Below are positions 48,427-62,018 of a DNA stretch of 64,000 nt, piece after piece; position 1 is the stretch's first letter, and every line of letters starts with the position of its first letter. The DNA comes from Felis catus (taxonomy: Eukaryota). The stretch is from contig NC_058382.1 of assembly GCF_018350175.1 (NCBI RefSeq), positions 56,670,001-56,734,000 on the forward strand. Reading direction: 5' to 3'. Under the pieces are notes generated by a model that was given only the letters and a program-made list of their open reading frames with translations, was not told the origin of the DNA and made no database searches. The translations under genes and the position numbers were made by a program.

Positions 48427-49103
48427 TGTAACTGGCAGAATAATGACCCCCAAAGAGGCCCACACGCTACCCCCCTGGTTCCCAGGGTTGTTACCTTCCC
48501 TGAGGGACGCTACAGAGTGATTATGGGGCCCTGAGATGGAGAGATTATCCCAGGTTATCTGGGTGTGCCCGTCTAATTAAAGAACCTTTCCAGGCTGGGT
48601 CAGAAAAGATGTGAGGACTGGGGCACCTGGGTGGCTCAGTCGGCTAAGCGTCTAACTTCAGCTCAGGTTATGATCTCGAGCCCCGTGTCGGGCTCTATGC
48701 TGATGGCTCGGAGCCTGGAGCCTGCTTCTGTTTCTGTGTCTCCCTCTCTCTCTGCCCCTTCCCTGCTTCCTCTCTCTCTTTCTCTCTCTCTCTCTGTCTC
48801 TGTCTCTGTCTCTGTCTCTCTTTCTCCCTCTCTCAAAAATAAGTAAACATTTTTTTAAAAAAAAGAAAAAAGATGTGAGGACGGAAGAAGTACACCAAGG
48901 AGGGGCTGAAAAGGGAAGAAAACAGACTCTCCCTTAGAGCCTCCGGAAGGAATCCTCCCAGCTGACACCATGATTTTAGCCGAGTGAGTCCCCTGTTGGA
49001 CTTCCGATGTCCGGAACTGTGAAACCATGCATGTGTATTGTGGAAGCCACCAGGCTTGTCCCATTGGGATCATCCATCGTATCAGCCACAGGGAACTAAC
49101 ACA
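48427..49103 (+). mobile_element. MaLR solo LTR (MLT1D-like) interrupted by a SINE
   Basis: tgtaactggcagaataatgacccccaaaga...gagatggagagattatcc...ttagagcctccggaaggaa...gctgacaccatgattttagcc...gggaactaacaca. Confidence 0.8.
48620..48867 (+). mobile_element. Can-SINE
   Basis: Perfect 15-bp TSD aaaagatgtgaggac at 48604-48618 and 48868-48882. Confidence 0.94.
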
Positions 49104-49479
49104 GCGCTGGAGGGGGAAGCAGAAACCCCTGGACCTCCTGCAGCCACCGCCTTTGCTGTTCAGCCAGTCGTCAGAGGCTTCCCTCAATCATGGCAGAATG
49201 TCGGGGGGCGGGGGGAGTTGTGTGGGGTTTGGGGTTCCGTTTGTGGGGTTTCTTGTGACAGTTTGTTATGCTGGAGTGTTTGTTGTGGGTTTGTTTTCCC
49301 CACTGGAGGGTGCCTGTTATCAAGCTTGGGGCAAACACGGCGTCATCATTAGCCCAGATAATAAAATCTGCACCCCTCAGAACTGTGACTTAAGCATCAG
49401 AAGAGGAGGAATATGTCTCTTCTCTTTCTCGTTGTTCCCATGGGGCGGGGGCAGGGCACAGGCAGTGCGCATGAAGCCT

Positions 49480-49710
49480 GGGGACAGACAGCCCCGGTCC
49501 CAACCCCAGCCCTGCCACCAACATGCTGGGCAGGTTATTTCAATTCTCTGTGCTTTGCTGCCCTTATCTGTAAAATGGGACTGATAAGAATATAATAGTA
49601 CCTGCCTCTCTGGGGTGTTGTGAGAACTAAGTAATTTAATGCTTGTCAAGTGCCGAGAAGTTAGCCCAACACACAGTAAGCGCTCAGTCACCGTTGGCTG
49701 TTATTATTAC
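49480..49710 (+). mobile_element. MIR
   Basis: gggcaggttatttcaattctctgtgcttt...cttatctgtaaaatggga...aatagtacctgcctc...gttgtgaga...acagtaagcgctcag. Confidence 0.75.
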
Positions 49711-51712
49711 TTACATCCTCACATACTTGTCCAACTCCTTTCTCCTGGTGTTTCAACCCCAAGCCCCAGGAAGACGGTGACAACAGCACCTGTCCAGCCT
49801 CTTGCAGCTGGAAGAGTGTGGACTCATTTCATCCGTGTGGTATCCCTGTGAGGTCATTTGACTCTTACTGTACAAATACGGCTCAGAGAAGTTAGGGGAT
49901 TAAACCACGGTCACAGAGCCATTTCATGGTGGCATTGGGACTCAGAATCATCCCAAAGTCTGGTAAGAGCCACAGAGAAGTTCAAACACCCCCCTCACCT
50001 CCCAGCGCCAGCCAGGACAGGCTCCTCTTCCCTTTCATTCTCTGTCCCAATTTGGGAGCCGTGAAACTTCATGGAAGTCCCGGTTATTTTCTCAAAGCAG
50101 ACAGAGGGGAAATTTGCTGTGATATTCATTTACTATTTAAGTGCCAACAAAACTTCAGATTAGAACCACAAGAAACTTCGCAGATCTTTCCTTGGATGGG
50201 TTGGGTGACTCACCTAAGGGCACGCAGGTGGTTTCCTGGGAATGCAGGGCTACACTATCCAGGTTTCAACAGAGCATTTAATTAAAAGCACACACAATGA
50301 GCCACAAGCATACTCCCCACCACACACATACACATATTTAGCTCCATCTACATATCCCAAACTTGCGCAGACTCCTTAATAATCCTCTTAATAGCTGTGA
50401 TAACTAAACATATTCAGTTTTAATAACAGTTTCATGCATGCTTTCCCCCTTAAATCTAAATAATGCCCCTGCTGCTATCCCAACAGGGATACTGTAACTG
50501 GCTATTTGCCGTAATAAAGATGAGGAAATTTTGGTTAATCACATTTTAAAGGGGAAAGTGTATTTAGAGAGATTTTAAATTGCAAAATTAAAAATGCAAA
50601 CGTGAAATGATTTTTCCATTAATGTCTTCTCCTTAGGGAAATGTCTCCTATTATAGCGTTGGGCCGTCTGAATTGGCTGTTACCCTTCTGTGGGGTTTCT
50701 GGTAAAACATCAGTTCCTACAGGGCTCATTCTCAAGTGCTGGGAAACTAGCAGCCCCTATGGGCTCCTGTCAGTCCCTTTATGATGGCATTTATCCTCAT
50801 GTATGTATTGTATAAATTCTTGTTTCTGAAGGGGTTCACTGCTGTAAACATAAGATCGTCTGTTTCGAGGTACCCCAACAGGTGCTTAGATATAATTGCA
50901 TCAAACAACTTTAAAAATACTAGTCACTGAAAACAATTTGCTGGGTGCACTGTTATTTTCATCCTTATTTCTAAGTAGTCCATTTACATATCAGCACTGG
51001 TTTTGGTCAAGAGAGAGACCGCTCAATGCAAATTTCACCGGTATTTTTTTTCCTTGTTACTCATTATGGTTGGGGCCTCATGGCCATGCACCTGTGTAAT
51101 TAGCAGGAGTCACCTTGAGAAATGTCCCCAGAGTGGTTATGCTCAGGTGGTTCTATCTAAATTGCTTGGCCCACCTGACTACTCTACAGTGGATTCATTG
51201 TAGGAAATAGGAAAATCTCGGATTGGGAGAGAAGACAGAGGTCATTCCATTCAAATTCCCTCCTCCTAAATCCCTCTGACTTTTTTAAAACATTGCACAC
51301 CTAGGCAAGCGTGCCCCTGGGAGAAGTCCAACTCTATGGCGGACCATCTGTGAAGTTAGAAAGCTAGCCTAGGATTAATGGTTGGCGGTTGAGATTCTAG
51401 AATCCATTAGACGTGGATTTGAATCCTGGTGCTGCCACTTCCAAGCTAATCTGGCAGTACATCTTAAAATTATTAACAGGCATCATCCTTTACCCAACAG
51501 CCCTACTTCTGGAAAGCCATTCTTTAAAAAAAAAAAACAAAAAAAAACAAAAAAAAAACAATATATAAAAAACTCCAGTACTTGAAGATAAATATACAAG
51601 GACATTTGTTGAAGCATTGTTTTGTATAGAGGCAAAAAGTAAGAGAAAAGGTTGCCTGTCCATCCATCGTGCATGACATTATGTCCCTTTCATGAAACAG
51701 TATGTGGCTTTT

Positions 51713-51713
<1 letters not shown>

Positions 51714-51756
<43 letters not shown>

Positions 51757-51916
51757 TATTTATGAGAGGGAGAGAACGAGGGAGAAGCAGAAAGAGAGGG
51801 AGACAGAGGATCCAAGGCAGGCTCAGAGCCTGATGTGGGGCTCGAACTCACAAAACATGAAATCATGACCTGAGCCGAAGTCGGATGCTCAACCGACTGA
51901 GCCACCCAGGCACCCC
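51714..51916 (-). mobile_element. Can-SINE with (TTTA)n tail, inside an L1ME-like fragment
   Basis: TSD gtatgtggctttta (51700-51713) / gtatatggctttta (51919-51932). Confidence 0.92.
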
Positions 51917-53504
51917 TGGTATATGGCTTTTAGAAACAACTCTTGGTGTCTCTGATTTCCTGGACCAAAGCAATGCATGTGGCTTGAGTAAAGAAGTATG
52001 CATACAATTTTTTTTTTTTTAAATTCATTAAAGTGCCTTGTACATGTTTTTGTAGGATCCTGCAAGGATGGTAAAAAGCATGGGTGATGTGTACTCCTGC
52101 TGTCTTTCAGTAGTTATAGCGGAATGGAGATGTTAAAAAATAAGCAAAAGAGAAAATCACTCACCATTTAGTGCTACAAATGAAAATTTTATCTATAAAG
52201 TGACCACATTTAAGAAAAACATGAATCTGCATATTAAAGAAAAGATGGAAAGGAATATTGATAAACAAAGCATTTCTTTGATTAGGTGATTATGGAATTG
52301 TGGCTAGTGTTTTTCTTAGATCTCTCTTCTTTGAATATTGTATTTTTAATAAGATGCTACTAAGATCACTTATAAAGAGAACATTAAAAATGCAGTCCTA
52401 GCTAAGTAGGAGAGCAAAGGGCTGGCTAAGAAGGTCCTTTTAATGGGAGGTGAGAAAGAGTTTAATGACTTGCCTGGAGTTGTAAGCGGGGGGTGTTTAA
52501 TACGGCTGCTGAGCTGACCATAAGGAATGTTCTCTGAAGATTATCATCTGTCTTGCATCCAACGCAGAGCTCTGTCTCCTTGTTCCTGCTGGCCCGTGAA
52601 GGGGTTCACGTATTTGAAATGAGCATTTTGGGGGTGTTCGGCTCAGTGCTACTTATGATAATCTGTAATAGGTTAAATATTTTCAATTAAAGCTTAAGAC
52701 ATGAAGGCCTCAGTTGAGAAATATCACCAAATTGAGTGGACCATAAAGTCAGTCTCTGTAGGTCTCCATTTCTGGAATTTTATGGAGTCACTATCAAGCT
52801 GACCTTGTGCGGAGTTTTACGATTCTCATATTGGACACGTTCTTAAACATTTAGATGGCATTTTCAGCTGTCTGGAGTCACTCCGTCATCCTCAACTGAG
52901 GCCCTCGGAATAAAGAGCTCTCACCAAGCTTTGTGTCCTGGAAGAATGGGGGCTCTCTCCATAAAGACTCTGACGCTACATGGCCCCCAGTTTGGTCTGC
53001 ATGAAGCTGGTGACGAGCTATTAGGAGAGTAGACTACTTCTTATACCCAGAGCCCGCATCTCACTTCCACCACCCCTCCCCTTGGTGTGATGTTCCACTT
53101 TAGGTCAGCGTTGATTGCGTTTGAACATGCTCAGAAAAGCTTGATCCAGTGCTATTTACAACCTAACTCCAGAACTGCTCACGAGTAGTGCTTCTCAGAG
53201 CAAACGTTTTTCAGAGGGCATTCCCCCAAGGGCGAGATCGGAGGGGGTTCCCATGCCCTTCAGCCCCTCCCACTTGGATGGCAGGTGCCTGCCTGGAGCC
53301 GACAGATGACTCAGGTCTTCCACTTGGTGTTTCTAGATAGAGTTGTCAGCCTTCTCAGCATTTGTGATGATTCGTGTGCATCGAATACAAGACCCCAACC
53401 TGAGGAGGCAGTAGAATGGTGGAACATGGTTCCTTCCGCTATGGAAAGTGTGAGGATTTCAGTAGCCATAATTCTTAGTTAAAAAAAGAAAAGTAGTGTA
53501 CTTA

Positions 53505-54005
53505 TTTTTTTGAATCAAAGTAGAATTCACATAAGACATATTATATTAGATCACATTAACATAAAATGAACCACTTGAAGGTGAACACTTTGATGACATC
53601 TAGTGCAACTGACAGCATTGTGCAATCACCATCTCCACCTGGTTCTGAAACATTTCCATCACCCCGGAAGCAACCCCTGCACCCGCCTCCCCTCCCACAG
53701 TCCCTGGTGACCATCCATCTACTTTCTGTCTCTATGAATGCACCTATTTTGGACAGTTACTATCAGTAGAATCATACGATATATGGCCCTTTGTGACTGG
53801 CTCCTTTCACCTGACGATGTCCTCAAGGTTCATCCATGTTATAGCCTGGGTCAATAGTTCATTCCATTTTATGGACGAGTACTATCCCGCTGTGTGGATG
53901 GACCACATTTTGTGTATCCACTCCTCCATGGTTTGGGCTGTTTCCCCCTTTGGCTGTTGTGCATAGTGCTGCTAGGAACATAGGCGTGCATAGAGTTGAA
54001 CATAT
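53505..54005 (-). mobile_element. L1MB-like 3' end
   Basis: ttgtgcaatcaccatc...aacatttccatcacccc...ctactttctgtctctatg...caaggttcatccatgttatagc...tggatggaccacattttg. Confidence 0.85.
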
Positions 54006-54203
54006 TTAAATGTGAATGAGCAAATACACATACACACCCACAGGGGTCATCGGATCTCCAGTTTGATCAATAATGATTCATTCTCTCTTCATACAAATTT
54101 ATTAAGGCACAGATGTCAATGTGTAGGATGATATTGGAGGCCCCGATGGAATGCAGGTGTGGTCAAGGTCCTTAATCACATCTGCGGGATCCATTTTGCC
54201 ATC

Positions 54204-54393
54204 TTTTTTTTTTAAGCTCATTTATTTATTTTGGCAGGGAGGGTGGCAGAGAGAGAGGAAGAGAGAAACAATCCCAAGCAGCTTCACGCTCAGCAAGGAC
54301 CCCGACCTGGGGCTCAATCTCACACCGTGAGATCATAACCTGAGCCAAAACCAAGAGTCAGATGCTCAACCAACCGAGCCACCCAGGCGTCCC
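54204..54393 (-). mobile_element. Can-SINE inside an MLT1 fragment
   Basis: Reverse-complement SINE ending gagccacccaggcgtccc; ttttgccat on both flanks. Confidence 0.88.
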
Positions 54394-54959
54394 ACCCACC
54401 CCCACCCCCATCTTTTGCCATTTTAAGATAACATTTCCAGGTCCCAGGGATTAGGGCCTGGATAATGTTGACATCACTATTCAGTCCACCACAAACACTG
54501 AGGCTTGGAAGTCAGTTGAGAATTAACTGGGAGATCGGACAATGAAGGGAGCTCCACACAGAAGCCCAGCATGAACAAAGGTCCCAGGGCACAATGGAGG
54601 CCGGTACCTGCAGAAACAAGAGACAGGTGAGGCTGGGAAGAGACACCATTGTCTTTGTTGGCCAAAGGGAACACTTGGATCAGTGCCCTGACCTGAGAAG
54701 CCCCCAAAGAGGCTCGGCAAAGGGAATGATGGGTTTGGTTGGATTGAGAGGTCACTCTAGGCCCATGGTGGGTGAGTGAAGTGGGGACAGTGAATAGCAT
54801 ATGGGGGGGGGATGTTAGGACACCAGAGTTCTGGTGCCAAGTGGCCAAGGTGGGGATGAGAATGTGGCAGCAAGGACCACAAGAAATGGGCAGACTCAAA
54901 AACCAAAAGAAAGTACTTAGGGATCTGTGGCTTATGACAGACAAGCTTTGCTAATTCCT

Positions 54960-56160
54960 CTATTCATTCACTCATTCTACAAATACTTCTCGAGCCCTTA
55001 GCACGTGATAGGGATTGTGCATGGTGCTAGGAATATCATGCTGAACCGGCTGTGTCATCTTGGACTATTCACTCAGCAGCGAGGTCTCAGTTTTCCCATC
55101 CATACATTGAGGATCTAGCCGGTGTCCATCTGTTGGAGTGCCACAAAGATTAAATCAGTGGATGCAAGAGGAGAGTTTAGGGCAGTGCTTGGCACAGAGA
55201 AGGTGTTCGGAGTGACTGAAAAACAGAAACAATCTTCCAGCTTTGACTCACCTCTCTTTGGATTGGGTAATGGAAGGAATTCCCCCAGGAAAGCATTTGG
55301 ATAAACACCCATGGATAGCCATGAATCTCTTTGTCATTGTGAGTCATTGAGAAATCCACACCTTAAATACCTATTGAGCCCAAACTGTGCCAACTGCTAT
55401 GGAGGGAAACGAGCAAAACCTAATCAGGTGTTGCCTTCATGGAGCTTATAACCTAGCAGGGGAGATCATCACCAGTCAAATAAACTTACCAACCAAGGTA
55501 ACAAGCGTTAAGAGACAAATGGTCATGGTTCCCAGAGGGTCTATATTAGGGCGGACTGACTTGACCAAGAAAGTCATGGAAAGAGTTCTCGTGGAAGTGA
55601 TACTTGGAGTGAACCAGCAGGATAAGGCAGTATTACCTGGGCAAAAAGGGGTAGAAAGAACATTCCAGGAAGGGAGAAGAGCATGTACAAAGGTCCCATG
55701 GCCAGTATAAGTTTGGCAAGTGTGGAAGACTGAAGTAAAGCCAGCAGGACGGAGCATGGAGAGGAACAGGAGCCTGGGTGCAGATGCGGCTGGTGAAATC
55801 AGCAGGGACTGGACTCCAACAGGCTCGTGGGCCATGTTGGCAGGTTCTGTCTTTATCCTAATGGAAATGGGAAACATTCTAAGTATTTTACATGGTAGGG
55901 AGACACTGTCAGAGAAGCATTTTGTAAGTACCACTCTGGTTTGAGTGTTAAGAAGAGATGGGGAGGGAGTAAGGCAAAGGTAGGGCCAACTAGGACACTA
56001 CCGCACTGGCTCCAAAAAGAGACAGCAATGGCGTGTGTTGGCCTGACGGTGGAGACGGAGAGGGTGGTGGAACTTTGAGGGCCGGATGACGTCAGCAGCC
56101 CTCGAGATGGACTGGAGATGAGGAGTGGAGGAGGGACGGACCGCAAGGATGGCACCAGTG
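54960..56160 (-). mobile_element. L2 fragments, with an intervening MIR piece
   Basis: ttcattcactcattctacaaatacttctcgagcc...; aaatacctattgagccc...gccttcatggagcttata...gagacaaatgg; degenerate L2 body to about 56160. Confidence 0.6.
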
Positions 56161-59100
56161 CTTCTCAAACGGTGCAAATAGAATGTGAGAGGCGCATGGT
56201 GGATGGAGGTGGCACGTGTCCCAGGCCCTTCATCCTCTCAGTGAAGCCGAAGCCCGGCTCACTTGCTGGGAAAGAGTATTGAGGGCAAATGTGGAGTTTA
56301 AGGGCCTGCAAACATGTTGGAATGGCAGCTTGGGGACTCAGGTAACAAGAATGAGTCACAGAAGTGATGACTTCATTGAGCTGCACAGAAACCATGCAGG
56401 GTGAGTAGGCATTTCATCTGCCGTGTCTCAGAAGACCCAGCGGTGTGCTCTATCTACAGACAGACCCCCAAGAAGTGTTTGTTGGGCAAGTGGATTAAAC
56501 CAAACACCAATTTCGCATGACTCTCACGAGCCCACCGAGGCAATAAATTGGCCCATCTGTAAAGTCGGTTTGCCCTGTGTTTCTTCCAGGAGCCATCCCT
56601 GTGTCACAGGTTAGGCTGCAGCCTAAAAGGTGAAATGCACTTCCTGGCTTGAATTTTTTTATCTAAATGGTTTCCTTGTCAGTGAGACCTGAATGTAGGA
56701 GGTGTTAGAAGCTGAATTCGGTAGATCTACAATTGCTTAATTTTGAGGAACTGGAATATGAATGAGATAGAAAAGGAGAAAGAGCCCCTTGTCCACACCC
56801 TGCCCTATCTAAGTGAGGTTTCATTTCTGCGGCACCTGTCAGAATCATTATAATTCTGAGGCAGAAGCTTGTTAGACATCATTAATTCTATGGGGTGGGG
56901 GGAGGGTGAGTATATATAGAAACATATAACTATTACCTAAAATAGTGCCATTCTAGGAGGAAAAATAAGTTTATAGTAGATCACCTTGAATTTTATAATT
57001 CCAAACTGTAGCCCCTTGGAAGGGATTGTACTCCAAAATTATATCCTAGGAATATCTGATCAGGCCATTATACTATTCTTCCCAGGTTTTCCACCATATT
57101 TTTAAAGGAATATTATTTTATACCATAACTGTATTCAAAATTGTGCCTATTTCTCTATTGCCTGCCTAGGAATTTAATTTTGTTGTCTAAATGGGGGAAG
57201 TCTGTTTTCTTTCCCAGTTATGGCCCAAATAATAAATGTTGATGTTACTCTGCTATAAAAATATGTCCTCCATAAATTGCTTTGCTTGTCATTAAGATGT
57301 TTCCTAAACAAGTTGAACACGCACTATGTTTTTGTCAGACACTTACAGCAATCTTAAATTACCTGCTGTGTCTATACATATTCAGGAGGCCATAATGGAA
57401 ATGTGCCAAGTGGCTCAGGAGAAAATCATTTATAAAGATTAGGAGGGGGCATGGGAAGCTTTGGCTCTTGTTGCTTGGATTGTGCACAAATGCGTTTGTT
57501 CCTGGGTAACTTCAGGTTATTTCTGTTCAGATTTATTTCTGTTTGCACCATTTCCTGGGCATTAGTCATCAGTGTCACCCAAAGCATTTACTCTCCGCTC
57601 ATCTCCATAGATGATCAATCAGCATCTCGAGACTGAAATGACCAGTTAAGACAGACCAACAATCTGTTGATCTACTGGAGGAAAAAAAAAAATGCGGTCT
57701 CGGTTGAAAGGACTTTTATGAGATTTCACCCAAGCAATTGAGTCCAAATTTATACTCAAGCTATAGAGTGGAAGTTGAGAGAATATTTTTAAAAAGGAAT
57801 GCAATCCTCAGATAATGGGATGTCCTTGTGGATGGGTTGCAGAAGGAGTGGTTGATCCACTTAGGAAAAGTGTGGATTGTAGACTGGTGTCAACCTTCTG
57901 GGATTATTTTACTCGGTGATTTGGATACAGGCACAGAGAGAAAGGCATCCTACTATGAGCAGATGAGACAAGGTTAGAGCCATAATGTGTCTTCAAAGAC
58001 ATATTAAACACATAGGCAGCAAGAATGACCCAGGCACCAGTATTTCCAGGGTGGGAACCTGGAATGGAAATTGCTGGCTGAAAGGTATATACAATTGGAT
58101 ATCTTGTTTTGTAACAACAAAAATAAACAAACAAGAAAAACTTCAAAAAGCAAAACACACTTGAAGCCACACAAACAGTTCTCTGCGAGACTTTTCAGAA
58201 CCTTTGTTATACCAGAATACCTTGCAAACCTTCAAGGGAGGCATCTGGTATACCAAGTGTTTGGGAGACTGTTTTTCAAGGAATTACGACAATCTTGGAG
58301 ATCTCGTATCCTTTAAACACAACTGGGGAAATGATAATTCAGATGAAGGCAAAAGCCTTAGAACTCTAAGACAAGGAAAAGGTGAGGCATTGAAAACAGA
58401 GCAGTCTAACGGTGGGGGTGGGAGGTGTGGAGGCAAGTGAAAGAACCATTTTTTTGAGGGGTTGTTAGGAGTCAGGATGATAATTCTGGCTGTTGTTTTC
58501 AGAGCCCTTTCTATGTGTCAGGCACTCGTGTTGTCCTCCCAAGAGCTCCATTTGGGAATATGCGAAGTCTTCCCATGTTAATATCGCATAGAGGGGCAAA
58601 GTAGTTCATCCACGGTCATGCAGAAAGATGAGACGTCTTCTCTCTGTGTGGTCCCAGAGGAGGGTGGGGTCCAGAGAAAAAGGTTTTAGCTGAACCTTTG
58701 AAGGAGGGCTGAGGTAGGCAAAAACTCGGAATCAGCTACTAGGGATATCATAGAGAGAATTTTTGCTTGATCTGGACATGGTCCATGCAATTCCCTGATG
58801 TTCCGTCCATGATTCATCTTTCTCTACAACCCATTCTTTGATATTAGATACAATTCTCTTGGCTCTGAATCTTTCTGATATTTAGGTGGCTTGTCCTGGA
58901 CAAGACATACTTCAAAATATTTTGTGTTATTGTCACACCCTGACCCTGAGCTTTTTGGCAAAGGTGGCTATGGTTGTCCCCGTGAAGGGGTGCAGGCACA
59001 GCCTTTAGCTTCCTCTTGACATCTGGCTGAAGTCTTCAGCCCCACCTCTGCTCATTCCCCAGCTCACATGCCAGTCTCATCTCAGACTCTACACCCAGCC

Positions 59101-59221
59101 ACCAGCTCCAGCTTCTGGCCTGTGTCCATGTCCAGAGACCAAAGATGATGGGAATAAGTCCAGATACATCTAACCCATCTGCCCGTTGAATAGTAGGAAG
59201 GTGCCAACACTTCCTTAGACT

Positions 59222-60318
59222 TTATTTTTTTCAGTTTTTTGTATCGTGGTAAAATACAGATAACATAAAATGAGCCATCTTAACCATTCTTTTAAATTTT
59301 TTTAGATGTTTATTTATTTTTGAGACAGCGTGTGAATCGGAGAGGGGCAGAGAGAGAGGGAGATACAGAATCCTTAGCAGGCTCCAGGCTCTGAGCTGTC
59401 GGCACAGAACCTGATGCGGGACTCGAACTCCTGGACCGCAAGATCATGACCTGAGCCGAAGTTGGATGCTTAACTGACGGAGCCACCCAGGCACCCCGCC
59501 ATCTTAACCATTTTTAAGTATACAGTTCAGTGGTATTGAATTCATTAATAATGGCGTGCGACCATCTCCACCATCTATTCCCATAACTCTCGTCATCTTG
59601 TAAAAGTGAAACCCTGTGCGCATTGAACAGTGACTCCCCACTCCCCATGCCCCTCTCCTCCCAATACACCTGGCGACCATTTTGTTTTCTGTCTTTGTGA
59701 CCGTGATGACCCTAAGCACCTCATAGAAGTGGAATCATACAGTCTATGTCTTTTTGTGCCTGGCTTTTTTAGCTAAGTACGATGTCCTCAAGGTTCCTCC
59801 TTTTGTTGCAGAGACTGCATATTTGCAGAATTCTCTTCCTTGCTAAGGATGAATAATATCCCCTTGTCTGTATATGCCACACTTCGCTGATCCATTTGTC
59901 TCAATGAACACTCGGGTTGCTTTCACATTAGAGCTGTTGTGAATAATGCAGTTAAGTGTGCCAATGTACACATATCTCTGGAGACCCTGCTTTTAAATCT
60001 CTTGGGTTCTCACAGGTGGATTCCTGCATCGTACAGTAATCCTATTTTAATGTTTTTGAGGAACCGCCATACTGTTTTTCATGCTGTGCCGGTTTACGTT
60101 CCTACCAACACGGCCCAAGATTCCACCTGCTCCACATCCTTGCCAACGCTTGTTATTTGTTTTAATTTTCTGACTGTAGCCATCCTAATGGGTGTGAGGT
60201 GGTATCCTGTGGTATTTTTATTTGTATTTCCCTGATGATTAGTGATGTTCGCCATCTTTTCATATGCTTGTTGGCCATTTGTATATCTCCTTTGGGGAAA
60301 TGTCTCTTCAAGTCCCTT
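59222..60318 (-). mobile_element. L1MB-like 3' portion interrupted by a SINE
   Basis: gtggtaaaatacagataacataaaa...aagtatacagttcagtgg...tttttgaggaaccgccatactgtttt...gccatcctaatgggtgtgaggtggtatc...ttgttggccatttgtatatc. Confidence 0.9.
59289..59497 (-). mobile_element. Can-SINE
   Basis: Perfect 15-bp TSD gccatcttaaccatt at 59274-59288 and 59498-59512. Confidence 0.94.
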
Positions 60319-60529
60319 AGAAACATTTTAACATGTCACACTGTTAGGTCACTGGACACCTAAGGAGAATTACCACACTTGTCCCTCTAAGGAAAATAAT
60401 AACGAGAGAAGCTATGGAAATTTGATTAGTCTGTGATCCTTTACCAAATATTCACTGTGTATTCACACTCTTACCACTCTCTCCCTTTCTTCGTCTGACC
60501 AACCTGACTCATCTTTCCAGATGTGTGAT

Positions 60530-60840
60530 AGAGACAGTGTGTTCACCCACTTCCTTTCCCTCTGGCCACGGAGTTAGACTTACTGTCCCAGCATCCCTTG
60601 CAGTTAGGGCTGTGTATCAGAGACAATGGAACTCAGTAGAAGTTATTTGACCCCCCCCCCCCACTCTCTTTCCTCACCCCCTAGCTGAACTGAGAGTACC
60701 TCAGGAAACTAAGGGAGGGCACAGCTTAAGATGGAAGGACCTGGATGCCAGAACTCCCCATGTGACATTGAGTAGACCGGAGAAAGTCGTTTGTTTGTAA
60801 GCTGTTGAGAAACAATGGTTACAACAGTTAGCATTGTTCT
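60530..60840 (+). mobile_element. Old MaLR LTR fragment (MLT1J-like)
   Basis: tgtcccagcatcccttgcagttagg...aagatggaaggacctggatgcc...tgtaagctgttgaga...gttacaacagttagc. Confidence 0.55.
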
Positions 60841-61059
60841 GCCGGATAGAAGACTCAACTCTACCCTGTCAGACGTCTTCGCAGGTGCTGTAAGGTCATA
60901 ACAGTGCAATGCATAATGCATAAGCCCTAACAGGGTGCAGGCCCCACGAGGCAGAAGCCGTGTCTTTCTCATCTGCCAGTGAATTCTGTTCCCTAGCACA
61001 ATGGTTGGCTTTGAAAGACACTCAATAATTATCAGCTGCTCATGCCATCAAGTATTATA

Positions 61060-62018
61060 TGACCCTCGCTTCTTAAAGCGTAGGCCATGGACCAGCATGG
61101 CCTCAGCCTAGAGCATGTTAGAAGCGCGAAGTCTCAGGCCCCACGCCAGCCCTACCAAACCACGGTTTGGATTTTCACAAGACCCCCCCTGTGATGCCGT
61201 GCCTTCTGAGACACACGTCCTGACGTTTGAGAGAGGTTCTTGCAGACCAGCCATTTTTAGGTTGGTTGCACATTAGAATCATCCTATCAGGATCTCTAAG
61301 GTACTGTTTTTGTTTTCGTTTTAAGGTACCCGGGTGACTCTAATATGCAGCCGGAACTGAGAGTTACCGCTCTGTATCAGTGGCTCTCATATTCTGGCAT
61401 TGCATCAACATCCCCAGGAGGGCTTGTTAAGACACAAGATTGCTGGGTCTCCTTACATACTACAGGGCCTGATTTGGTCGATCTGGGTAAGGGACCAAGA
61501 ATTTGCATTTCTACCAAGTTCCCAGGTGTAGGAGTTTCCCGGGGCCACCTGAACAAAGTGTCACAAACTGGGTGGCTTAAAACAGCAGAAATGTATTTAT
61601 CCTCTCATGGTTCTGGAGGCCAGAAATCTGGGATTTGGCAGGTCCATACACTCTCCAACAGCTCTAAGATATGATCCTGCTTTGACTCTTCCAGCTTCTG
61701 GTGGTTGCTAGCAACATCCCTTCAGTCCTGTCTGCCCACAGCATCTTCCCTGTGTGTCTTCGTGTGGTTTTCCATCTACGAATATGGCTCTGTACCTAAT
61801 TTTCCCTTTATGTAAGGACCCCAGCCCTGCTGGATCAGAACCCACTCCACTGACCTCCTCCTCTCTTATTTACTACTATAAAGACCCTATTTCCAGAGTC
61901 ACATTGTGAAGTGCTGGGGGTTAGGACTTCAACCTATCTTTTTGGGCGGATGCAATTCGATCCATATCACATGATGCTGATGCTCCTGGTCCAAAGACCT
62001 CACTTGGGAAAACAATGC
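61060..62018. mobile_element. Cluster of adjacent MER5-type hAT MITEs; the last is split by an MLT1 LTR
   Basis: ccatggaccagcat...gtctcaggccccacgcc; ttgcacattagaatca...ggtgactctaatatgcagcc; aagaatttgcatttctaccaagttcccagg[LTR]tgatgctgatgctcctggtcc. Confidence 0.72.
61527..61971 (-). mobile_element. MaLR solo LTR (MLT1C-like)
   Basis: cacaaactgggtggcttaaaacagcagaaatgtattt...ttctggaggccagaa...aaagaccctatttcca...gtgctgggggttaggacttcaac. Confidence 0.85.
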
